Origin: Octopus sinensis
Lineage: Eukaryota
Assembly (NCBI RefSeq): GCF_006345805.1
Contig: NW_021837043.1
Span: 3,243 to 67,242 of the forward strand
Direction of reading: 5' to 3'
DNA length: 64,000 bases
In this document: positions 39,141 to 51,765 of the stretch, piece after piece
Layout of the letters: every line of letters begins with the position of its first letter
Numbering within the stretch: position 1 is the first letter of the stretch
Notes under the pieces: model-generated
What the model was told of the DNA's origin: nothing
The model's input: only the letters and a program-made list of their open reading frames with translations
Databases searched by the model: none
Translations under genes and position numbers: made by a program

Positions 39141-40216
39141 CAGATCATATTGAAAGGCTGCACTGGAGTCCAATGCTTGCTTTAGCATGGTCACTTTGGC
39201 TGGATGCCCTTCCTAAAACTTACACTTTATAAGAGTGTACTGGGTGCTTTTTTTCTTTTCCCCAGTACAAAGGATATCTCTGTAAAACTCACAAAACTTA
39301 AGATTCTCTTTTACTGATTAAAAACCACAGAAAATTGCGAGACAGCTTTATGCTAGGTTTTACGGAGATGTACTTGCATAGCAAGTGATTTGATCTGAGA
39401 TCGTGTGCTGAAACGAAAACAATTGCAGCGTGGAAGGTGTTTGTAAGCCATTTAAGAAACACACAAAAGCAGTTCGATTAGGTGTTGAGCAGTTAAGATA
39501 TAAACCTAGTTTCTTGTTGCAGAGAAACTACATGGCAGTTTCACATTTTATAAGATTGCATTGGAGTAATTTGGGTGGAGCTGGAAACATGGTGGTGACA
39601 AGTTTGTCAGAGTGGGCCTCAAAGCACCAAAAAGGGTGAATAGGTGAGGATGGAGACAGAAGAGTGGGGATGGTGGGTGAGTAGATACTGCAAGTGTGAA
39701 TGGGGGAGAGTGAGTGAGGGATGGGTAGAGATGGAGGCAGGGATGAATGTAGTGAATGGGGAATAAGAGCGGTGGGGTGATTGATGATAAATATGGGTTA
39801 AAGAAAGTTTGGGGAGAGGATGTGATGACTGGTGGTACAGAAATGGGGAAAGAGTAGCAGAATAAATAGATGAGGGATGAGAGAAAGGGAGATGTTGAGT
39901 AGATGGTGGATTGGTAGGTTGGAATAGTGTGGAGACTGAGGGATGTATGTGGACAGAAGGCGGTGAGCTGGCAGAAACATTAGCACGCCGGGCGAAATGC
40001 TTAGCGGTATTTTGTCTGCCGTTACGTTCTGAGTTCAAATTCTGCCGAGGTCGACTTTGCCTTTCATCCTTTCCGGATTGATACATTAAGTACCAGTTAT
40101 GCTCTGGGATTGATGTAATTGACTTAATCCCTTTGACTGTCCTTGTTTGTCCCCTCTATGTCTAGCCCCTTGTGGGCAATAAAGAAATAAGAGGTGGAAG
40201 TGGTCAGGCATATATA

Positions 40217-40415
40217 CAGGGTGCAGCAGAAATACCTCCCACGTTTGAAAGGTTGACAAAAGGAAAAATAAACAACATCTATGAAAAATTAATTTCACTG
40301 TTGTTTAAACAAAGAGTTACAGTTTTTGTTCATTAGCTAAATGCAAACATCATTGGCACTTGCGTAAGTTCTAGGTGAAAGTTTAATATGTGGGAGGTAT
40401 TTCTGCCGCACCCTG
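40217..40415. mobile_element. Tc1/mariner MITE (199 bp)
   Basis: 26-bp TIR CAGGGTGC(A/G)GCAGAAATACCTCCCAC with TA on both sides. Confidence 0.8.
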
Positions 40416-40762
40416 TAGTAGTGAGTCAACAGGAAACGGTTTAAGGAGAGGGAGAAATAATCTGTAGCAGAGAAGGATGATCAATGTAAAATATGGATAG
40501 AGAGGGACAATGGTTAAAAATGATTGATAGCTCTCAAAGAAAGTGGTTCTGGGCATTGGAGAGTATATCAGCTGAATTGTTGTTAACAACAAACAAGATG
40601 AGGACAAATATCCGTCAAATGTAAATAATGTAAATAATTTTTCATCTCATAAATATAGAACTGTATTCATGCTCTTTATTAATATCTAGAATATTTATCT
40701 ATATGAATTGTTTTTGATGAAAATTTGAAAATGATAACATTCTTCTCAGCAATAAATAAATG

Positions 40763-41152
40763 GAATGGGTGTATACTGTCAATCTAACACGAACGTGACA
40801 GTAGGGGGCTACACCACCGCTGTTTAGCCCTAGGAAGCCTCGACGCCTCCTGATGGCTTTGACACATTTTTCCTGTGTCCTTATATACATTTACGAAGGG
40901 GAGACAAATACCCCCAGCCGCCCGGACTGCATCTAGGGACACGTGTTTCAGGATTGTCCTTCGTCCCTACGTGTCCCTAGATGCAGCCCGGGCGGCTGGG
41001 GGTATTTGTCTCCCCTTCGTAAATGTATATAAGGACACAGGAAAAATGTGTCAAAGCCATCATGAGGCGTCGAGGCTTCCTAGGACTAAACAGCGGTGGT
41101 GTACCCCCCCCTACTGTCACGTTCGTGTTAGATTGACAGTATACAACCATTC
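40763..41152. repeat. Near-perfect long palindrome/foldback: arms of about 182 bp (40763-40944 and 40969-41152) with a 24-nt loop
   Basis: The arms are reverse complements with only a few mismatches. Confidence 0.92.
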
Positions 41153-41257
41153 TATCGCCCCACCACCGTACATGTCTCTACGAGAGATTTAGAAATTTAG
41201 CATTTCTAATGAATAAATGATGACTTCTTTATATTCCATTTAGCAAATCAATCAATT

Positions 41258-41605
41258 ATGGATGAGCAGTGTGAAGAGCAATTACATATCGGAATTCTGG
41301 AAATTCAGGGTGGCTTTTCTGAACATAAGGCTGCTCTGATAAAAGCTGCACAACTTATGGGAAATGAAGCAATGCTAAAAATCTATTCTGTACGCAAAGC
41401 TGAAGATCTGCTTTCCAAACTTTGTGGTTTGATTATTCCTGGAGGGGAAAGTACTACGATGGGTCTCTTCATCACACGCAACAAAATGGCAGATGCCCTA
41501 CAAGACTGGATCAAAGATGAAAAACATATCGCGTGGGGAACGTGTGCCGGCCTGATCATGTTAGCAAATCAATCAGAGAAACAGAAAATTGGTGGACAGT
41601 CTTTG
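41258..41605 (+). CDS. PDX2: PLP synthase glutaminase subunit (PdxT/Pdx2/SNO), main N-terminal exon (acceptor at 41244)
   Basis: IGILEIQGGFSEH, GLIIPGGESTTM, AWGTCAGLIMLA (catalytic Cys); donor TTG|gtaaga, phase 0. Confidence 0.93.
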
Positions 41606-42459
41606 GTAAGATATTTGATATTTGATTTCTTGTTGTAATAATCAGAATGTACAGTAATGGAGTTGAAGAAATTTATTTATTGAACTAAATATCTTTGAGT
41701 ATTTAGTTTTGGTTCCTCTACAGTTTGGAAGGTCGTAAAGAAATGGCGGAATCAGATTTTCCTTACAACTGTCATCTGTTCAGGAGAACTGTGTTAGTTA
41801 AGAATTTTATTGCACGTAGTTTGAAATAATATTTTTTTCCTTTCCCGCTGATGCATTGACATTTCAACTTGGAGTGGTTGTGACCCGATGGGTTATGGAA
41901 GGTACATCTAGTAATAATAATAATTACGTTTATATATTTGTTGTGCAAGATTTTTTATGTGAAGTCGTGTGTTGAAACAGACATTGTTGTATTTCGGAAT
42001 GGTCATTTTGCCAGTTTAGCCAATAAAAATACACACACTATTAGTGTCCTTCAGCTTCTTGCTAGCCTGGCTATGGCTCACACTATTACGTAAAATACAC
42101 CAATCCGACCGTGGCCGTTGCCAGCCTCGCCTGGCACCTATGCAGGTGGCACGTAAAAAGCACCCACTACACTCATGGAGTGGTTGGCGTTAGGAAGGGC
42201 ATCCAGCTGTAGAAACATTGCCAGATAAGACCGGAGCCTGGTGCAGCCTCCTGGCTTCCCAGATCCCCGGTCAAACCGTCCAACCCATGGAGAACGGACG
42301 TTAAACGATGATGATGATGATGATGATTTGTTGTGCAAGGTTTTTTATAGTGCGTGTGTTTTTATTGGCTAAACTGGCAAAATGACCATTCCGAAATACA
42401 ACAATAATAATAATGATAATAATAATAATAATAGCAACAACTCGTTTATATATTTTCAG

Positions 42460-42798
42460 ATTGGTGGACTTGATATTGTGGTCTCTCGTAACTATTTTGG
42501 CCGTCAAGTGAACAGTTTCCAAGGGAAGGTGAAGATTGTGGATAAAAGTCTTCTCAAAGAAAACACACCTAGTTATTTCGAAGGAGTCTTTATCCGTGCT
42601 CCTGCAGTTGTCAAAGTAAACAGCCCCGAAGTCTCTACCCTTGCTGTTCTTCCGCATTCGTCGAAAGAAAAATCTGACACAATAGTAGCCGTGAAGCAGA
42701 AGAACATAATAGGCACAGCGTTCCACCCCGAGTTAACGGAAGACCTTCGGTGGCACGAATATTTTCTGAAAATTGTCCTTTCTGTACAGAATCATTGA
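42460..42798 (+). CDS. PDX2: PLP synthase glutaminase subunit, last exon
   Basis: Acceptor ttttcag|ATT; LDIVVSRNYFGRQVNSF, GVFIRAP, AFHPELT (catalytic His-Glu), TGA. The product is 228 aa from M41258. Confidence 0.93.
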   Translation: MGGLDIVVSRNYFGRQVNSFQGKVKIVDKSLLKENTPSYFEGVFIRAPAVVKVNSPEVSTLAVLPHSSKEKSDTIVAVKQKNIIGTAFHPELTEDLRWHEYFLKIVLSVQNH

Positions 42799-43857
42799 AA
42801 ATGTTTGATTGCAATTTGGAATATGATATTTTTGAATGTTTGATGATATTAAAATTACAATAACAATACCTTTGATACGTATTTTATTATTTTCATACCA
42901 GAGTTTTAGCTTTGGTTCACCTGAATTATTGTATTGCTTCGAATATACTTTTATGGGAGGCGCAATGGCCCAGTGGTTAGGGCAGCGGACTCGCGGTCGT
43001 AGGATCGCGGTTTCGATTTAACCTTACACTAGAATTTTTTTTTTTTTAACACATAAGAAAACAAAGCAAGAAAACAAATAAAAAGGTTACAAGATCGAAC
43101 CCGGCAGCCTATAAGGCCCAGCAACTATCTTTAATTTAAAGGATATAAATGCCGTTTTTAAATACGCTTTACTCTATAAGTAGTGGAGGCGCAATGGCCC
43201 AGTGGTTAGGGCAGCGGACTCGCGGTCGTAGGATCGCGGTTTCGATTCCCAGACCGGGCGTTGTGCGTGTTTATTGAGCGAAAACACCTAAAGCTCCACG
43301 AGGCTCCAGCAGGGGATGGTGGTGATCCCTGTTGTACTCTTTCACTACAACTTTCTCTCACTCTTACTTCCTGTTTCTGTTGTACCTGTATTTCAAGGGG
43401 CCGGCCTTGTCACTCTCTGTGTCACGCTGAATATCCCCGAGAACTATGTTAAGGGTACACGTGTCTGTGGAGTGCTCAGCCACTTACATGTTAATTTCAC
43501 GAGCAGGCTGTTCCACTGATCGGATCAACCGGAACCCTCGTCGTCGTAACCGACGGAGTGCTTCCATATACTTTTATGAATTTTTGTTGCAAGATTCTTG
43601 ATGTGAAACCGTGTGTTGCAACAGACATTGTTGTATTTTGGGATGGTCATTTTTTTATTTATGCCAAAGAAACACACTCACACTATATATTTATTCTTCA
43701 CTTTTTTAATACTATTTTTATTCTAACTCATGTCCATTGTCTAGAAATCTTTCGTCACACATCTGTGACCTCTTCAGCGAATGGACTAAATGGAGCAGGA
43801 GCACACACACAAGGACAGAAAGTGTTACTGAAGACAAAAGATGTCTGGACAATAGAC

Positions 43858-43922
43858 ATCATCATCATCATCATCACCATCATCATCACTGCCATCATCA
43901 TCATCACCATCATCACCACCAC

Positions 43923-43957
<35 letters not shown>

Positions 43958-44048
43958 CCATCATCATCACCACCACCACCATCACCATCATCATCATCAT
44001 CACCATCATCACCACCATCATCATCATCATCACCATCATCATCACCAC

Positions 44049-44082
<34 letters not shown>
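43858..44082. repeat. Expanded (CAT/CAC)n tail of a family C element
   Basis: Read directly; it adjoins CGTTTAACGTCC. Confidence 0.9.
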
Positions 44083-44988
44083 GTTTAACGTCCGCTTTCC
44101 ATGCTGGCATGGGTTGGACGGTTCAACTGGGGTCTGGGAAGCCAGGAGGCTGTACCAGGCTCCAGTCTGATCTGGCAATGTTTCTACGGCTGGATGCCCT
44201 TCCTAACGCCAACCACTCCGTGAGTGTAGTGGGTGCTTTCTACGTGTCACCGGCACAGCGTGCCACCGAATTAACAAGTGAAAAATAAATATACAGTGTG
44301 TGTATTTATTTGGCTGAAACAAGTAAAAGAATGAAAAAAGACGTGAATGGTAAATTGCTTTGTTGAAACTAACAATTCGATAACAACAATAATTCAAACA
44401 TCTATCTCAAAGTTTTGATGTCCCCCTAGCATTGCTTGACAACTGATGCTGGTGTGTTTATGTCCCTGTCACTTAGCGGTTTGGCAAAAGAGACCGATAA
44501 GTACTGGGCTTACAAAGAATAAGTTCCGGGGTCGATTTGCTCGACTAAAGGCGGTGATCCAGCATGGCTGCTGTGTAATGACTGAAACAAGTAAAAGAGT
44601 AAAAGAGTCCTGGTTAATGATTCATTTTGTGAGAAAAAAAAGGTAGTGGGGGGGGGGGGTCAACCTTGGAATTTAAATCAATTACAATGAATTGTGACTA
44701 GAATGTCGAGGGGGAATGATTTGACGCGCACGAGTGTTGACTTGCTTCATGCTCTTGTTTGATGGTGCGGGGGTCGTACCAAGTTAGTGGTCTCAGAGAC
44801 GTCATCTCGTGCCAGCCCCTCTGCATTCTTCAAGTGTTGACTACGAATTGTTACACAATTTCACGTCTGTTAAACAACAGCTGAACATTTTCTCACGCAG
44901 TACGGGATAAAAAAGAAAAGAAACCCCAAAACAGAACAAATTGTTTTGGGTCTACAGTAAGAAGTATTTTCCTTAGAATATTTTAAAG

Positions 44989-46900
44989 CAGTGGTTCTCA
45001 AACATTTTTTTCTCTGGGGCCCACTTTTCGTATCCCCCAAATCCAGGCCCACTGGAATGAGGAACTCTCTTATTAGCACTACTGATTTAATATAAGTAGC
45101 CAATTTTATGTTGCCTTGAAACGGTTAATGTAGAGAAAGACGGACAAATTCGGCCTGTTGCATAAATCCTTCTGTCCCTAAAGAGTTAAATTCTGTCTGT
45201 GGTATAGAAATTTCGAATTTTTCCAACGGCTTGCATGCGGCCCAGACATCTTAAGTCGTAAATTCCCTCTCTTCTCGATTTATAGTACATTTCTTTTATC
45301 TGTGAGGACTTCATTTACTGCAGAAAATCTAGCTTCAACCAACCACATTGTAGAAAACTATAAAAAAAAGGGCACCACCTTTTCAATCCACCTTTTTGGA
45401 GTCTCCCCATCGAAAGATTGTTTTCTTTAAGTTTGACTAAATCTGCTGCAATGATAGGATCGATGCCTTCCTCTCTTAAAATATCAAAACACCAGCAATC
45501 CACTCTGGAGGTTTTATTTCGATGACATCCTTGAACCGTTGATTGATATCTTCTCTTAAGCTTTCCAAATGATTTGTACAGCTTGCGATGACATCGGTGG
45601 AAAGAGAGGATTTTGCCAAGTTGCCGAAGAACGCAAACGCCCTATTCTACAGATGAAGCTGCCAAGGGTTTAATATGATAACGAAAGCGCAAATTTTTTC
45701 TTTGCAAGGTTTTATTCAGTTGGTTGACATGCGAAACCAGATCAGCCAAGTAGAAAATTTTAGTCTTTGTATCATCTTCATTCATGGCTGAAAACAGGTC
45801 ATTGGCCTTACCTTTCTGTTTCCTTGTGCAGGCTTGCGATTTCATAAGATGGATGAAGGACAGAACCATGCTCCACATTTCAGCTAGACAAAGAAGGGAA
45901 TTGCTTTTGGAGAGTCATCGACCCTCGGTGTGCATAAGCAGTGTCTCGTGATCTTCGTTTTCGCATAGCTTTTGAAAAATACAGTCGTGAAGGGCATTGG
46001 CTTTGATGAAATTGATCGCTGAAACAGCAACTTCTAATGCCATCTCCATATCGCCACCAAGGGATTTTGAAGTCAGATCTTCCCGATGAAAGATGCAATG
46101 GATGGACAACAAATACGGAGCAACTTCTTTGAATTTTGCTATGAAAATATTGTGTATGCCGGTCATCGACACAAGCACTATCTGTCGCGATTTGGAAGAG
46201 GTTTTCCAGGGGGATTCCCGTCTTTTGAAGATATCCATAAACAGCTGAAAATATAGTTTCACTTTTTGTATCCGGCAGTTTCTTCATGGAGAGCAAGTCT
46301 TCAAGCATCTTTGTTTCGTCAACATATGGAACATACGCCAGTAGCAAAGAGGACTTACTAATGGCAGTCTCGTCGATTTGGAACGAGAACTTCGAGGCTC
46401 TTAGTGTCTCAACCAGCTGTTCTTCGTGGTTTTCCGCCGTCTCATCTTGTCTGCGCTTGACAGTATCATTTGAAAGGGAGATTCTTTTTGTAAGACAGTT
46501 GCGGCGTCTTACCAAAATAGTTCATGAAGTTCACTCACACAGATAACCATAGCTGGTTTGACCAAACTTTCACCAATTGTGTGGCTTACCTGCTTTCGCG
46601 ATGAAGTGACTCACCAAGTAGCTCAGTTAAGTATATTTTTGGTTTCCTCATTTGCTCTTTACATAAACAGCTTATGTGGTTGGGGCTTATTCTTCTGTCG
46701 CTGCTTGGCTTTCTTCTCAAAATAACTACGCTCTTTGCATAAGAACCAGGATACTGCACTTGTTGATGTCTACGGAGCTTGGATTTCTTTATGGAATCAT
46801 TTATCGTTATCAACCCACATTCAACACATTGAAGCTTATCCGAGCCATTACTTGAGGGCAAAAAACCAAGTAGTAAAACTCTTGTTAGTAATTGCGCATA
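44989..46900 (-). mobile_element. Decayed hAT (Buster/Charlie-like) transposon
   Basis: End CAGTGGTTCTCAAAC at 44989. Minus frames read QCVECG..KSKLRRH (BED-like), ISLSNDTVKRR, SFQIDET, HCIFHREDL and LLMHTEGR. Confidence 0.8.
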
Positions 46901-48659
46901 AACGGCATTTTATTTGAGCATCTTGAAGCCATGGTAGGAAGTTGATAGCTACAGAAAATAGAATGTAAAAATCAGAACTTTGTGAGAAAAGAAATCACTG
47001 TCACATTGAGAACAGAAAACGTAGATATAGAAACCAAAAAACTGAATTCTAATAACTTTTAAATTTAGTGCTTCTTATCGCTCGGGAATTAGATCCAAGC
47101 AAAAAGCTATTCAGTGGAAATGTTTGTTCCTTCTCGAGCCACACCTGGCTCATAAGGGCCGGTTTCCCCGGTTTCCTTGGCCTATAGGTTCCCCACCTGG
47201 ATGGGACGCCGGTCCATCGCTTGTGAGCTGCAAGAGGAGAGAGTGAAAGTTGTGGCGAAAGAGTCAGCAGAAGTTCGCCATTACCTTCTGTCGGAGCCGC
47301 GTGGAACTTAGGTGTTTCACTCATAAACACACACAAATCGCCCGATCTGTGATTCGAACCCGCGATCCCTCGACCGCGAGTCCGCTGCTCTAACCACTAG
47401 GTCATGTGCCTCCACACACAGAAATATACAGTATGTAATTGCAGCCAATAACTGGGCTCCTTTTATTGAGCTTGGTTGCAGTTAATTTATTTTCTTTCAG
47501 TGTCTGGCGGTCGTCTTAGAAGTGCACCATGTTAAAAAAAAATTATCTTTCATAGCAGATGTTCTCTTGACATCATTCACATGCTCCCTCGACCACGAGT
47601 CCGCTGCTCCATCTGCAAGGCCATGTGCCTCTACATTCAGTGAAAATAGGTATTTGAAAGTCAATAAAATAACATGACGATATTATATCCCATATTATGC
47701 CGCATATATTCCAAAAACACTTGCATATGATGTCGTAAAATTGCTTCTTTCAAATTCAAACGGTCAATACAAGGAGCAGACGATGTGAGCCTGAGCAGAA
47801 TGTCGCAATTAATGATATCAAAACGTTTTCAGTTTTTAATAAGCTTGCAAAATTATTGGACAGTCAACATTCGATCACACTTGCCTTTAAACTCTGGTGC
47901 GCACGTATAAGCGTTTTGATCAACAGCCTGAGGTGTTTGCTCTGGCAAACCACAGCGGCTGCCTAAAGTAAATAAATAAGGTCACGTCTAGATGTGCACA
48001 CTGAGCTCAAGCTCCACACGGAACGCGACCTTATAACACACCTCAAAAATTCTGAGGTCAATTTTGAGAACCACTTTCAAGTTTAAAGTTTCGCCTAGTT
48101 ACGTAGACGCTTAATTGACAAGGGAGATAACTGTAAGTTAATGAACAGATTTACTTCCCCTGTACTTTGATTCAAGTTTCTTCGTTTCATCACCTTAGAG
48201 CTGAGATCTTCATCAGATGTTGAAAGTGTAGACTATGATGTGGTTATGGTGTGCATTCTTTCTTAAAGCAATTAATAGCATAAATAAATAAGGGACAGAA
48301 ACCAGCTAGATACTTCGGTCCATCTTGAGTTTACCACGTCTTCACTCATTATTCCAACTGAAATTGTTACTCAGGTCAACTCTGATAACGAACCGTTCCA
48401 ACTGTAAACATCTTTATCCTTTGATTCTTTTACTCGATTCACTCAATTTGACAGCGGCCATGTTGGAGCACCGTCTTAAAGGGTTTTAGTCGAAGAAATA
48501 GCCCCTATCGGTCTATTTTGCTGAGCTGCTAAGTTACAGGAACATAAATGTGCTAGCATCGGTTGTCAAGCAATGGTGGGGGGGGGGGACAAACAGACAC
48601 AAAGTCACACATACATAAATGCATACATACAGACAAACATAAACACACGCTCTTTCTCT

Positions 48660-48721
<62 letters not shown>

Positions 48722-49184
48722 GCACACGACGGGTTTTCAATTTCCGTCTACCAAATCCACTCACAAGGCTTTGGTCAGCCCGAGGCTGTAGTAGAAGACA
48801 CTTGCCCAATGTGCCATGCAGTGGGACTGAACTCGGAACCATGTGGTTGGTAAGCAAGTTTCTTCCACACAGCCACGCCTGCGCCTTTTTAAAAAATACT
48901 TTCAAGGCTAAATTGTTCAATATTCTTATTTTTTTTAAGACAGTAGGATGTGATTTGAAAGGGATTTGACTGTTGTTTTTGGTGGGTCGAGCGACCACGC
49001 GGAAGTTCTTCTTTTGTTATTGAACATCAAATGACAACGGTGATAGTTGAGTCGGTGGAAAATAGGAAACTAGGTGGGGTTTTTTTGGGGTGGGGGTGGG
49101 GTGGGGGTTATAGAGGGCTGCTTTAATGTTTTCGTCTCCCTCTCAGTCAGAAAATAAAATGTGAGGAAGAAAAAGAAGCTGTTG

Positions 49185-49275
49185 TTGTTGTTGTTGATGA
49201 TGATGATGATAATGATGATGATGATGATGACGATGATGACGATGATGATGATGATGATGACGATGATGGTGATGT

Positions 49276-49319
<44 letters not shown>

Positions 49320-49320
49320 T

Positions 49321-49355
<35 letters not shown>

Positions 49356-49363
49356 GTGATGAC

Positions 49364-49408
<45 letters not shown>

Positions 49409-49417
49409 GATGATGGT

Positions 49418-49450
<33 letters not shown>

Positions 49451-49556
49451 GATGATGATGATGTTGATGACGATGATGATGATGATGACGATGATGATGA
49501 TGATGTTGATGATGATGATGATGTTGATGGTGATGATGATGATGATGATGATGATG
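49185..49556. repeat. (GAT)n microsatellite
   Basis: Read directly. Confidence 0.95.
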
Positions 49557-49783
49557 TGTTACACATAGTCGAGATTAGAATAATGTTCTTTTGTCTTCTG
49601 ATTCCAAATATGAAGAAAACAAAACACCGTGCACTCAGGCATATGTGAACGCGTACACATGCTCACACGCCCCGCCCCATTCCACGCATATACACACATA
49701 TCCAAACATACATATAGTGAGTATGTTTATGTGATAAAAGAGGAAATATGTTTGTCTGGTAATGAAGGCCATTTGTAGAATAT

Positions 49784-49814
<31 letters not shown>

Positions 49815-49899
49815 GTGTGAGTGTGAGAAAGGGAGAGAAAGGAGCGCTATAGATAGAAAGGTAGATAGATAGATAGATAAATAGAGGTAGATAGATAGG

Positions 49900-49938
<39 letters not shown>

Positions 49939-49997
49939 AGAGAGTGAGAGAGAGAGAGCGAGAGAGGAACACTATAGATAGAAAGGTAGATAGATAA

Positions 49998-50046
<49 letters not shown>

Positions 50047-50143
50047 CAAAGAGAGTGAGTGAGTGAGAGAGAGCGAGAGTGGAACACTATAGATAGAAAG
50101 GTAGATAGATAGAAAGATAAATAGAGGTAGATAGATAGGTAGG

Positions 50144-50189
<46 letters not shown>

Positions 50190-50220
50190 TAGATAGATAG
50201 ATAGACAGACAGACAGATAG

Positions 50221-50258
<38 letters not shown>

Positions 50259-50889
50259 TGAGTGGGTGAGTGAGTGTGAGAGAGAGAGAGAGTGGGTGAG
50301 TGAGTGTGTGTGAGAAAGAGAGAGTGTGTGGGTGAATGAGTGAGAGTTGGCTTTGGTTTAATGTAAATTAGAAATTCATTAACTTATTTAGAGACGAAGA
50401 AAAAGAAAATGGACGGAACAGTTGTCCAAAGAAACGTAAAAAAAAAAAAAATGCACGTGAAGTGCAAATAGGTGAAAATAAGTGGGCATGATGCGAAATA
50501 AAAAGTTGGCAAATTGTTAAAAGAAATTATCTGACAGATAAAGAAAGAAAAAAAAGATATCATTTAGTAATTTTGGTTTGATAAATGACCTTGTACGTAA
50601 TGATGGACTTCACGGTGAACTTAGCTGCAACAATCGAATATCAAAATTACAAGAATTTGGCAGTAAACATTTTTTTCTCTCTTTAACAACGAACAAATCT
50701 GCATTGAGAGCCAAAGAAGAGTCAATTAACTTTTGATGCTAAAAAGGGTTTCTGATTTCGAGAACGGCAATTGATCGGAGCTTTTATTTAAACAACATTT
50801 ACCATAATTATTAGCGAACAGTTCTTGCGATTCTTGCCAATAGATAGCAAAAAAAAAAAAAAAAACCGTAGGTGGCTTACTGGCCGCAT

Positions 50890-51339
50890 GTTTTACGTTT
50901 TTGTATTCATTTCGCGATATTCTTGATGTGAAATCGTTTGTTGAAACCGATATGGTTGTACTTTTGGCGATGGGTCACATTGCCAATAAAAACACACGCA
51001 CAGGTTATATTTCACTTCAGTTTATTACTGGATGTTTATTACTTGTTTTGCGTTTTTGTATCTATTTCGCGATATTCTTGATGTGAAATCGTTTGTTGAA
51101 ACCGATATGGTTGTACTTTTGGCGATGGGTCACATTGCCAATAAAAACACACGCACAGGTTATATTTCACTTCAGTTTATTACTGGATGTTTATTACTTG
51201 TTTTACGTTTTTGCATTTATTTCGCGATATTCTTGATATGAAATCGTTTGTTGAAACCGATATGGTTGTACTTTTGGCGATGGGTCACATTGCCAATGAA
51301 AACACACGCACAGGTTATATTTCACTTCAGTTTATTACT
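50890..51339. repeat. About 2.9 tandem copies of a 155-bp unit
   Basis: TTCGCGATATTCTTGAT at 50911, 51066 and 51221; related dispersed copies at about 41940, 43580 and 55975. Confidence 0.9.
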
Positions 51340-51765
51340 AATCAATTTGAAAGTTAATATCTTCGATTATTATTTTTTTTTCAAAAGCCTTTTTCTCAAT
51401 CTGCGACCTTATCAATCCCCATGGGCCCATCAAGATTCTCCTCCTCCTCCTCGCCATTAATTCTATGTTTGCTGTTTGTCTCCATGTTACTTGATCTTAC
51501 TTGATTGGTTGCTGTTATTTTACTCCAACCAAAGTCTATCTTTCTTTTCTTCTGGTGCAGTCAACCGAAACGGTTTACTTTCTAATCAATAGAACTAATG
51601 CGTATGTGCGTGTGTGTGTGTGTGTATAATTACGTGCGCGTACGCATGTGTTTGTGCATGTGTGTTCTTTGTGAGCGAGTGCGTGCATGTGTGTGTAAGG
51701 GACGTCGAAAAGAAGAAAGGTAATTAGAATCTTAAAGAATGATGCCGGAGATCAAATTGGAGTTG

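Noticed and set aside
14772-42798. Bacterial contamination or an operon (PPC plus PdxT)
   Set aside because: Both genes have canonical spliceosomal introns filled with host SINEs and are divergently oriented, more than 10 kb apart.
43185-43255. tRNA-Arg-like gene
   Set aside because: It runs directly into a SINE body and has many diverged copies; it is a SINE head, not a tRNA.
43737-44288. Poly-His ORF (and the poly-Met, Val, Ile, HT and YI ORFs elsewhere)
   Set aside because: These are translations of microsatellites or SINE tails, with no splice or codon support.
48062-48076. Second TIR of the hAT element (TTTGAGAACCACT)
   Set aside because: The terminal base mismatches and there is no 8-bp TSD match, so the boundary is unsupported.
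48090-48410. Possible further exons of the minus-strand gene
   Set aside because: In-frame stops after each plausible acceptor; weak donors.
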